A stretch of 63,211 nucleotides of DNA, filler included, from Bonamia ostreae (Eukaryota), in assembly GCA_040357525.1 (NCBI GenBank). It is 14 parts of 14 records of this genome, joined end to end, with 100 filler letters (N's around TTAATTAATTAA, not from the genome) between each part and the next. Parts side by side here need not be neighbours in the genome. Positions count along the whole stretch, not along the records: positions 49,818 to 54,219 come from JBDODL010000319.1; positions 54,320 to 58,719 come from JBDODL010000320.1; positions 58,820 to 63,211 come from JBDODL010000321.1; 11 more parts are not named here. One strand, 5' to 3'. A program made the translations under genes and the position numbers. Of the stretch, positions 49,718 to 60,504 are shown piece after piece; positions within the stretch are counted from its first letter, which is position 1; each line of letters begins with the position of its first letter. The notes beneath the pieces are model-generated. The model did not search any database. It saw only the letters and a list, made by a program, of their open reading frames with translations, and was not told where the DNA came from.

Positions 49718-49817
49718 NNNNNNNNNNNNNNNNNNNNNNNNNNNNNNNNNNNNNNNNNNNNTTAATTAATTAANNNNNNNNNNNNNNNNNNNNNNNNNNN
49801 NNNNNNNNNNNNNNNNN

Positions 49818-49965
49818 TCACGATTCGACGAATGGAGCCGATCTTCTGTACACCAAATATTTGAAACCGGCTTTGGAAAGACATGAAGCTAGTATCGATA
49901 AAGGACTAAAAACAGTCGATTCGAGTCAATTTATCAAAGGAGTGATCAGTAATGACGTCTCTTAG
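49818..49965 (+). CDS. REEP/HVA22/Yop1 family C-terminus (5' partial)
   Basis: TNGADLLYTKYLKPALERHEASID. Confidence 0.7.
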
Positions 49966-50500
49966 TAAATATTGTTTTAATCATTTTATTTATAAAAATG
50001 GCAAACATAATTTTTGCAATTTTATAAATTTTACAAAATGAATATATTCTCGAGTCTAAACTCTTTTTGGAGATTATTTTGTAAAACAAAAATTGTTTTT
50101 AGTGGCAATTTGAGTTTATCAAACTGTTTTTTAAGAAAAGCATTTTATAATTTTTGCATTTTTAGACATTGATTTTTTATAATAATACAAACTGTTTTTT
50201 GCATTTTATCTGATTTTTCCGTTTTTATTAAATTTTTAGACATTGTTTTAGTTGGAATAAATAGCTGTAAAAACAGTTTTTTAATGTTATTTTTTGAAAA
50301 TTTTAAAATCTTTTTAAAACATTTTGTCCATCATTTGGGATCAAAATTCATTAAAAATATTTGAAATATAAAATTTGGATAAAAATAGGCGGATATAAAA
50401 TTTGGATAAAAATCACAACGAAAAAAGAACAAAAAAATTGTAAAAATACCGAAGATTTTATAAAATAGAGTGCATAATAAAAATATAAACAACCGATCAC

Positions 50501-51817
50501 ATGCCAATTGTTCTGTGGATTTTATTAATCCTTTATAAATGCGTTCAATTGTTGTTTCTTTCAACGTTGTTTTATCGCAGGCGTATAAAATTTCCATTAA
50601 ATCGAAGAAACTGGAAGATTGCGTTGCTACAAAATGCAATTTGCGGTTTTCTTTTTATTATTGTTCTTTTTTACAATTTCAATTTTCTGCCCGAAGCGGC
50701 TCTTTGCTACTATTTCTACCTTCTCAAATTTACACTTCTCCTCGCTCTCCAATTGATCATCTGTTTTCGAGCCATCTGTCTTTACAAGTTTCAAAGAAAC
50801 CCGCATTTGAATTTTGAATTGTACGTTAAAAGAAAAAAGTTTGTCTTGGTATCGTCGTTTCTGGCTGTTTTGGTGACATGTGTGGCGCCAGTTTATTTGA
50901 TACCTCTTTGGAATCACGAGATAACACAAAACAATCTGTTTAATTGCAAACACAATTTCTTCTACGTTTATGTCATCTCGATTTTGAATACTTTCTATCT
51001 CGTTGTCGTCTTTAAAATGCGTTTTTATATTTACGTCGCTCAATTTTAATCAGTTGGCGAATTTTAAATCTTATTTTGAATCTGTCGCTTTATTTGAGTA
51101 AATGACGACAATTAAAAATAGGCAACGATCACGATTTGTTGCTGTTCAGAATAGAGTTTCTAGGTCTTTTGAGTTTAACACCGTTGATAATTTTAACTAA
51201 AATCGCCCATTATTTGGATTTCCAAGTTTTAAGTTACACCAGCCAACTCGTAATGTGCGAATTCGCAACTTTGTTCATTATCGAGCTCCCCCTTCTGAAC
51301 TCGTTCAAAGTCTCTAGACAAGTCGAATTGACACAGTTTTAAATCCCAGATTATTTAAAGAAATGGAGATATAAATTTTGATAAGAAATTGAGACAGACT
51401 TTGTGCAATGAAAAGTCTAGAAAAATATTTGGCGAATTTTTGACAAAAGAGTTTGCAGTCGAGAATTTGGATTTTTATAAAGCGTGCGAGGAATATAATG
51501 AAAAGTATAATGGTTTTTATGATGGAACTGCAGAGAAAATTTTTTATAATTTTGTTGACGTGGGAGCTTATAAACAGGTTTATTGATATTTCTATCCGAA
51601 ACATGTCCACAGATCAATAAGCACAAACATTTATAAAATATAATTAAGTCAAAATTATAAAAACTTTTTGAAACAGGTTATTTTGCCAGAAGACGTCCGT
51701 GCAAACATTAAGCACAACATTACGAGAGGGAACAAATCGCCTTCGATTTTTCTAGACGCGCAGAAATTCGTCTTTAATTTAATGAAAAATGACAATTTTA
51801 TGAGATTTTACCACTAA
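50501..51817 (+). CDS. 7TM-RGS fusion protein
   Basis: About seven hydrophobic segments, then FGEFLTKEFAVENLDFYKACEEY...IFYNFVDVGAYKQ|VILP...IFLDAQKFVFNLMKNDNFMRF. Confidence 0.88.
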
Positions 51818-52136
51818 ATTGTATTTTGGTATTAGCCATTTTTCGCATTTACGATCGTAATTTAATAACGTGCAAAAATTTTGCAGAAAGTTGTTTCTGC
51901 AAAAATAAGTTTATATGCAAAGCTTCTTTAGTGATATATCGAAATATCTTAAACATGAAAAATCATAATAGAAACCCGAATAATGGCAACATTACAAAAA
52001 CTGATTAAAATTTTCCACGGGTTTAATAAAATCTCTCATTGCCATTTTTCAGCCGAAATTGAAATGTAATTGATAAAATTTAATGAAAAATGTTTAACAA
52101 AAATGCAACTTTTTAACAAAAATGTTTTTGTGTAAT

Positions 52137-54219
52137 CTATTCGTTTAATATTTCATTAACATCTTTAAACAATGCTTTAACAATCGCAGATTCGCCAGAA
52201 AAAGTTTTTGAAATATCGCCCGATTGAAAAACAATGTCATTATCAGTTTTCAATCGAACCGAAAGTTCTCTGTCTATTTTGAGAGCAGAAAATTTTTCTT
52301 GATCCGTTTGATCGGTCCAGATTATCTCGTTGTCAACAATTTTCAATTCGACTCTTTTACCCTTTTTCATAAATTTCCGTTTCAAAATTAATGAGTACGG
52401 ACCTAAAAGTCTTTGTTTTTTCAATGTATTTGAATACGACGAGTTGTTTTTTTCAGTCGAAGTCTTTTTTTCTTTTCTGTTTTTTGACAATTCCAGGAAA
52501 CTTTTGGCTATTCCATTTTATAAATATTAATAAAAATTGACATTTTCAGACAACAAAAATAAAACTTAATTTCGCTGGTGACTTTTTATTAATTTGAAAA
52601 AACCAGTAAACGTTGCATTTTAGACGAATAAGATTTCTTTTCGATTCTAAGACCATTTTTTGCTTTACTTTTAGCTTAATTTCAAAACGGGCTAAAGAAG
52701 AGTTTAGACTGTTTTTGTTCTCCAAAACTCGACGTTTTCAAAGAAACCAACAACATGGCTTTGCTGGGACTATCCGAAAATTGGTTTAAATCGGTCGAAC
52801 TGGAATTCTTGTTTGCGAAGCCGTCGTTTTCAACCATTTCGATCTCGTTTTGAAAACTCGAATTCGATCTCGATTTGGATGGCAAAGAGTTCGATGGCTT
52901 CATATCGTCGTTTTCAGTGGCTAAATCGGTGTTATTGAAAATTTTGCTGTCAATTAGTTGTTCTTGGCCTTCTTCAGCCAATTCTATCCATTGCTCTCGC
53001 CATCGGAGTTGATTTTTGAAATCGACTTTGAGCTTGATCAAACCGAGGAGAATATTGACATTGCCAGAAATGCTGTTGAAAACTTTGAATTGCAGCTCAA
53101 ACGAGCTCTTCTTCGTAGAATATTCAAATTGTTCTTGCCAAACCGGAGAAGAACATTTTTCTATTATTCTTGTCTAATTTTTGATTAAAATAATTTTTCG
53201 TTTAAATTTTTTATTTTTTCAATTTTTATCGTTTATTTTTTATTTTTTCGACTTTTTTCGTTTTATTTTTTCAATTTTTATCGTTTTAATTTTTTCATTT
53301 AAATGTTTTTATCAATTTTTTTTCATTTTTTCGTTTTATCAAAATTTTCGTTTTTAGATTTAAAATTTTGTAAAGTTTTTATTTAAAACAGATTTTGTTT
53401 CGTTTTCGTTGAGAACAATAGAGACAAAAGTATTGAGTTCGTCTGTGGACGTCGTCAATTTTGAAAGATGGATTCCTCGCAGTACATTAACTACTAAAAG
53501 GTTCTGATTCCTATTCTTTATTTTTTAATTTTATTGGTTGTCAAATCTGAAAAACAGCTTTGGCTCTCATGTCAAATTCATTTTGAGATTTGGCATTTAA
53601 AGGCTCTTTCAAATTTTTCGAGTAGAATATTTTCTTTTTCCTTAAAATTTTGAAGTTAATTTTGCATAAATCTAAAATTTTTCCTGATCATTTTTCGCCA
53701 ATTCCAATCAAAAATTTTTAATTTTTTTTGTGATAAAAATTCAAATTTTAAAAACTCGGCCAAATTTATGATTTGCGAGTTGATGGCTATTTTGATTCGG
53801 CCAGATTTGTTTTCTTTCGTGTTTTTGAGAAAATGCCATTGTTCTTCTTCGTTTTTATTGAAAAGAGAGAGCCCGTCTTCGTCTAGAAACTTTATTTTTG
53901 ATTTCCCGATAATGCGATTTTTAGCGTCGAAAATAAAAATGGTCAATTCCTTGGTTGCCAAGAATGGCAGTTCCACTTGGAATTGTTCGTTCCAATATGG
54001 TTTGCTTGTCCTAGGACGCAGTTTTGTCTAATTAGTTAAAATTTAGTCTAATCAGATATTTTTTCAAATTTGAAACTCTCAAGACAAAATCAGATATTTG
54101 AACATAAGCTCTGATGTCTGGAAGACGTGTTCCTAATGGAACAGATATTTCTTTTGCTCCGATGATCTTTAGTGTTACCAAATGGATGCTTGGGACTCCG
54201 TCTCTTAACGAAAATATGT
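52137..54219 (-). CDS. Multi-C2-domain protein with PH-like C-terminus, 5' partial
   Basis: TSKPYWNEQFQV...LTIFIFD...IIGK...WHFL...GRIKIAI and a second C2-like block. Confidence 0.65.
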
Positions 54220-54633
54220 NNNNNNNNNNNNNNNNNNNNNNNNNNNNNNNNNNNNNNNNNNNNTTAATTAATTAANNNNNNNNNNNNNNNNNNNNNNNNN
54301 NNNNNNNNNNNNNNNNNNNTTGCAATATTAAAATTTTTCTGATCAAATTTTATTGTTTAATTTCGCAAAAGTTTTGATTTGTTTGTAATATCAGTTTTTA
54401 GACGAAATTTATCGTTTGAATTAGAACGAGATAAATTTTTTACGACACAAAAAAGTTATAAGATAAAGACGTTTGACAATATCCATTTTAAACTATTACA
54501 ATATACGTGATTATAAAGCCTATTTAGGAAATTCGATAATGATGATGATTATATAATGTCGCCAAAAACGATAAAATTTTATGTTTGTCTAAAACTATTT
54601 AAGCGTTTCAATATATTACAGTGAAGCTCTAAT

Positions 54634-55031
54634 TTAAACCTTATCCAACAATGGCGTGAGCCAGCGTGGATTAAGAAAGGTTTTGTTATACTTGAAGAAG
54701 AGCATCAACAGACGGAACAACAGAACTCTGTTTCCGTCTGTTTCCACGTTCCAGTAAAAGAGCACTCTTTTGACCGCTTCTTCGAATTGCGACTAAACCT
54801 TTCAAATTGAACCTTTTTGTTTTTGACGGCCATTTTCGACTTGTCGAGGACGTCCATCAAAATCTTCAATTTGTTCACTTGGTCGGAAAAGGTCGTGAGA
54901 CTAAATTGCTCTCCGTTTTGTCTCAGTTGAGTCATATAGCTCCCAGTTCCTCTGATCGATTTTTTAAGTAACCTTGCTCGGGGATACGCGTCCCGTCCGA
55001 TATTGGGATTGTTGTAGAAATTTCTATTCAT
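54634..55031 (-). CDS. Hypothetical protein (two or more exons)
   Basis: ATG ORF joined by a 20-nt intron to SQFEEAVKRVLFYW...PRWLTPLLDK. Confidence 0.55.
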
Positions 55032-55640
55032 TTAGCTAACTAATTGATAAAATTTAGGATAATTTTATATTGCGATCGCTAAGCTAAGCCTCGACAAAGC
55101 GAAGAGGGTTAAGTTTTTAAAAAAAATTTAAGTTTTAGCTTTTTCTGCTTGTCGAGTTAAAGTTTTTCGAATTTAAAGTTCTAACGCCATTAAAATTTTT
55201 GTGGTTAAATTTTATAAAAGGAATTTTAATAAATTTTATCAATCATTCCATCTTTAGGAAATTTTATTTTGGCGTTTGCACAACCGCAATCATTAATAAA
55301 TATAAACCGTGCCACATTTATTTTTTATTTTAAGACAACGACGAAAGAAAGGAATTTTTTAACTTTATTTTTTATTTTTGACATGTCTTTTTTATTTTTG
55401 TCATGTCTCTTTTATTTTTTATTTTTGTCATGTCTCTTTTATTTTTTTTGTCATGCCAACTTCAATCATTAAGAAAATTTTACTTTAAATTATTATTTTT
55501 GTTTTGAATATTATTAAATCGTCGACAAATCAATAAAAGCGAATAGATGTAACAACTATTACAATGAACTATTTTTAAATGAAGAATTAACAAATTGAAA
55601 TAAAAAGAATTGGCAAATTGTTCAAAATTTATTTATTTTC

Positions 55641-56400
55641 TCACAAAACGCTCTTTTTAGATCTTCTCTTTCTCCTCCGTTTGTACATCTTCACAAAAAT
55701 CACAAGTACATAAAATATAACAACAAATCCAACTGACGCAAGCGCTATTATCTTCAGCAACGTCAGTTCTTGATAATTTATTCAATTAATTCATTCTTAA
55801 AATGATAAATCGCCAAAGCAGTTAATTCAATTAAAAAAACTGCAAGATTTCTTAGTGAACTCATTTGAAAAATCTTTGCCATTCCAATACCACCATTTTC
55901 CCTTGCCACATTGAATTATCTGCACAGATTCATCCGAATTACATGTTACTTTCATTTGATAAGTCTGATGGAACTTCTTTTTCAACAGTCCAACCTCCAT
56001 TTTTATGTCCAATTTTTCCAGCGGGTCGATTCCACACGATCCATTGTCCGCTTTTCTTAATTTAATTTAAACTCGCACAGGCCATTTTCGCCGCAGAGAC
56101 TTCTCCATATTTGCTTTGGAGTATGGAGTCGTCGCAATGCGCCAAAATGTAATTTCGAAGGATGTGTCCACCATTCATGGCAGGGATTTTAATCATCGAA
56201 TGTTCCCCAATGCATTCGATTAAGCGCATGTCACCGTCTGATAATACGTTCACATACGCATTTGCATTTTCTTTCGACGGATAGACTCTAGCGATCCGCA
56301 TCGAAGAGCCTAATTGATACAGTGAGCATTGTCTTCCTGGGGGTACGACAATCGAGATTGTGGCGCACAAGACGCGAAGAAACATTATTAATAATATCAT
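55641..56400 (-). CDS. Type-I membrane protein with two 4-Cys Sushi-like domains (copy A)
   Basis: Signal peptide; GSC...VTC...IQCGKGKWWY...SC; TM IIALASVGFVVIFYVLVIFV and basic tail; phase-1 introns. Confidence 0.8.
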
Positions 56401-56547
56401 TGTTGGTTTGTATTTTTAGTCGTTTAGGTAATAATTTAAACCTTCGATTATTGGTTTTAATTCTTCAATTTAAAAATTTTAATAAAGTGCGCGGTTTCGA
56501 TTTTGTTTTTGCATGGAGGTAAAAATAATAAAATGAATGCATATTTT

Positions 56548-57535
56548 TCAATAAAATGGTTTATTCGATTGGTTTTTACGTTTGTTTCTGCAGCGTTTCT
56601 TGTACGAGTGCTTTAACTTCTTTCTGAAAACGTAAACGATGCAGAAGACTAAGTTGACGAAAAAGGCGACGATGATCAATTTTGTTGCTAAAATTGAATT
56701 TATATACCTTTCGGCAGTTCTTTTGTTTTGATATTGTTAATGGATGGACGGTTCGATAAAATTTACGAAAAATTATATTTACTGACAACAAAATTGATTT
56801 TATTCAATATTATGAGCGGATAAAATTTTCGACTAAATAAAATATTTTTTGAAACGAAATTTAAAATTGATTAAGAAATAAAACGACAAGTTTTCGATTT
56901 AAATTCTAAAATTTCATTTTTTTTGGCCGAATAGAACCATTTTCCGTCACGACAAAAAATTTCCCATTTCTTTCCATCCGATTTACAATAAACTATTATT
57001 TTTGAATTCTGTTCAAATTTTTGGAACAAATACCCAATTTCAAAATTAACGGGAGCTTTAATATCCTTCTTCCTACACGAACCATGTTCAACTTTAATTT
57101 TCTAATTACAAACATTGATAATTGTAACAATGAAAATTTTTAAACAACAAATATTAATTTTTTTAAAGAAATTAGATACAATAACGTTAAATCAATTACT
57201 AAACACGAAAAATTTATAAAATATAATCAACGTTTACAGTTAAAAGAAAGATCAGTAACATTTCCAAAATCTGCGTTTTTGAGAAAACCATTTTCGCAAA
57301 CTGTCATTAAATAGTTTTTGCTTTTGTTTGTTGGTAACACCAACATGTTTTTTTCTCCTCTGCACTCTATATAACGCAAATCTCCTTCATAAAGTTTTTT
57401 TGGCTGCAACCTCAATAGTCCACCTAAATAAAAATCAGCGATGCCGATGTCATTACCGAGTTCAAACAAATCACAATAGCACATTACTTTCGTAAACACA
57501 AACAGTACTGGTAGAATTTTTCTGAAAACGACCAT
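56548..57535 (-). CDS. Type-I membrane protein with two 4-Cys Sushi-like domains (copy B)
   Basis: Aligns with copy A (GD.R.IEC.GE, NY....C, GSC, VYC.SD, C.DGKWFY); TM LIIVAFFVNLVFCIVYVF. Confidence 0.8.
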
Positions 57536-57827
57536 TTATTTTTTCAACTTAACGTTACTGTTTTTCAGTTTTTTAAATAATTAATTTGAGTGTCGGTAAT
57601 AAATTGTTTATGGCCATTTCAAAATGTCATTATGTTCAATTTTAAAAACATAATTTAAGTGTTTTCAAGTTACATTTTCTAAACAAAATTGTGCATCATT
57701 ATTTAAAATTATTTTATTGATAAATATAAGTTTCACTAAATTATTTATTTGGTATAGCACAAGCTATTACCTAATCTTTTTACTTTTTCTACAGCGAAAA
57801 TATTAACTCTACAATTTTATAAAATAA

Positions 57828-58076
57828 ATGGCAGAAGCACCAGAAGTGATAGATTATTGGCACGATTCGGAAAATTTTCATTCGGAAGGTCTTTTGGGTA
57901 AATATAATGATGATCAATATCAAATTTTCGTTGAAAGAACAACTTCTGATGGCAGAACATGTAATTTTACAATCATTATTGTCTCAAACTAAAATCCTTA
58001 TTCAATCTTAATTAATAAAATCTATATAAAAGTGTTGAATTTATACGGCGAATCAGAGGAGGACAAAAAATTTTAA
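57828..58076 (+). CDS. Small acidic hypothetical protein (~58 aa, two exons)
   Basis: MAEAPEVIDYWHDSENFHSEGLLG...GRT|LLNLYGESEEDKKF*. Confidence 0.4.
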
Positions 58077-58819
58077 GTGATCTCAGATCAAAATTTGAAA
58101 ACTTCAAAGACTGTTCCTTTGTCCCAAAAATTGTTGCTTTTACTAAGAATATTCTTATGTTGAACGACGTCCAAGGATTGTCACTAACTGTTATTTTGAA
58201 AAAAATTCAAATTCGAATTACAGATTTGAGTTTTATATATTTTTTAGAATTTAGAATACAAATTTTGTATTTTTTGTCGTAATCAAGTTTGTTAAACAGC
58301 TTAAGTTTTATATAAACACAATAGATTACATAATGCTAGAATTGGTTGAAATAGTGTTAAAAATAAACAAAAGAAATTATTTTTTGTGTGATCTATCGAC
58401 AGATAAGATATTTTTGTGTACAGATGGAACAGTTTCTATGCCAAATTTGGTTTAAATCAGTCAATTTATTTAAATTTAGAGTGATTGCGTTAAATTGGCT
58501 GTGGTAATGAAACCAGAGCTATTTTATGTCGCAAAAGTCATAAGATCGATCGTCTCCAAAAGCGGCTATAATGATTTACTTTCAGCAGCAATCCATATCG
58601 AAGAAAATAGAAATGAGCCTAATTATTTTGAAAATTTGCACCGCATTTTGTGAATAAGCGAAAACGGCGAGAATATGTATGAAAAAACGGCCGATTTTCC
58701 AAAATACATATTTGACTCANNNNNNNNNNNNNNNNNNNNNNNNNNNNNNNNNNNNNNNNNNNNTTAATTAATTAANNNNNNNNNNNNNNNNNNNNNNNNN
58801 NNNNNNNNNNNNNNNNNNN

Positions 58820-59958
58820 AAATAATTAACTTGAGACCAGTCAATGGAAACTATATCTGATCGATGCCCTTTCAATGTTCTGATTGGGCTTTTGCCAAAA
58901 AAATATCTATTCACTTTTTTCAGTTTCTGTAAAATAAAGTATGTATTATGCTCAAAATAAAAATGTAACGACAATGTTAAAAAGATTGTTTTAGATGCGT
59001 TAAATTTATACACGGAGCAATTAGAATTTTAATAAGTTTTTGTATACGCTAATTCCAAAAACTTTGATATCTCCATCCACGATGTCACCATAAAAATATT
59101 CGATATTGCTTTGCGCCAAATTTTTAGCTTTTAAAATCTGGTTATTTAAAAATGCCCCCATTACAATCCAGACATTAATCTTCATATCTTTTCCCGCTGT
59201 AGCGAACAAATCCCCTTTTACAGAAAACTTTGAGCACCAAATAGGACCAGAATGTCCTTTTATTACTTGAACACATTCTAAGCCATTTAATAACTTTTTA
59301 ATTGTATTGTCACATAATGAAACGCAATTTAAATATTTGAAAAAACTTTTTTCTTTGTTTTGAATGTTTTAACGGTATGATAATCTTCAAACGCTTCATT
59401 ATTTTCCTCGTTGATTAAAGTGTTGGAACTTGACTTTGTTTTTTATTACTTTTTAAAACATTTTTTTGCTTGTTTTTGACATGTTTTTTAAGAAAAGAGA
59501 ACGGAGACATTGTCTTTTCAAATTCCAATAACTAAATTAATATTTTTTAAACATCTTCCATATTCTTCGGAAAATTTTTATTTTTTTCGGTGCTTCTACA
59601 TATTGTGTTATTAGGCAATGTCTTTGAATTGCTTAAACAAAAATTTATTACAATAAATCAGTAGTTAAAAACGATATCAATATTTAGTAACAATAAAAAT
59701 AACGATATAAATTTTGTAACAAAGAATAAACCCAATTTTGTAGGAACTCTTTCTTTTTGGACAAGAAACAAATTTGTCTTCTCCCTTGATTTTTGGAATC
59801 GGGGAACAGAACATTCTGGAAAGAGAAGAAGACAAACAAGAGCTCTTATCTGTCGAATATTCATTGCTTTCAAAATTTTTTGCCTTAGAATTTGTTTCGT
59901 CTTTTATAAATTCGTTTGCTACTTCGTAATATTCCATCGGTTCGTTATTTTTCAACAT
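58820..59958 (-). CDS. WD40 protein, WDR44-like, 3' partial
   Basis: QVIKGHSGPIWCSKFS..GDLFATAGKD..INVW; PIRTLKGHRSDIVSIDWS. Confidence 0.75.
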
Positions 59959-60138
59959 TTTCTAATTTTGTTAAGCTTCTTTCTATTTTTTATTACGATA
60001 GTTTTTTATGGTTTCAATGTCGTTTATTTTATGATTTTCTAAATTGTTGTTTGGTGTTTTATTAAATTAATCTATTGCACAGGGAAAACAGGCGAAAAAT
60101 ACAAAGAAAACTGATTGGAAGTTAAAATTTATTTTAAA

Positions 60139-60445
60139 TTATTTATTCAAATTCGCTCTCAAGATTTTGGAATAGTCTTCAAAGTCTAGTTTTTCTAGAG
60201 CTTGTAAGATATCATCAACATTAAGCGTCTTGTAGCGACCTTTTTTACTTATTTCGGCGGCTCTTTTTTGAAAAATCAAACTCGGCACAGACAAATCCAA
60301 TAAACTCAGTCAAGAAAATTTGCAGGCGTTTTTTGGCTTTTTCGCTGATCGAATATTTCAGTGGTATCACATTTCTCACGATTTTATCTATTGTTGCTAT
60401 TGGCAACTTTAGTTCCGACTCGTAAATAACTTTTTCATCTGCCAT
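60139..60445 (-). CDS. Histone-fold protein, NF-YB / NC2-beta (Dr1)-like
   Basis: LPIATIDKIV, TEFIGFVCAE|AAEI, KTLNVDDILQALEKLDFEDY; 19-nt intron 60263-60281. Confidence 0.85.
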
Positions 60446-60504
60446 TGGCTAATTTCTTATTTAGACATTTCGTTTAATTTTAGTTTCTCTAAATATATCT
60501 TCAG

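Noticed and set aside
54600-54720. Possible selenoprotein: ...CCSVC-TGA-C read-through of ORF 54705..55031
   Set aside because: A typical 20-nt intron (gttcaatttgaaaggtttag) upstream shifts to a more protein-like frame without the TGA; no SECIS recognised
47508-60445. Apparent functional clustering (CCT with NF-YB; 7TM-RGS with phosducin)
   Set aside because: The genes lie on different, arbitrarily ordered contigs
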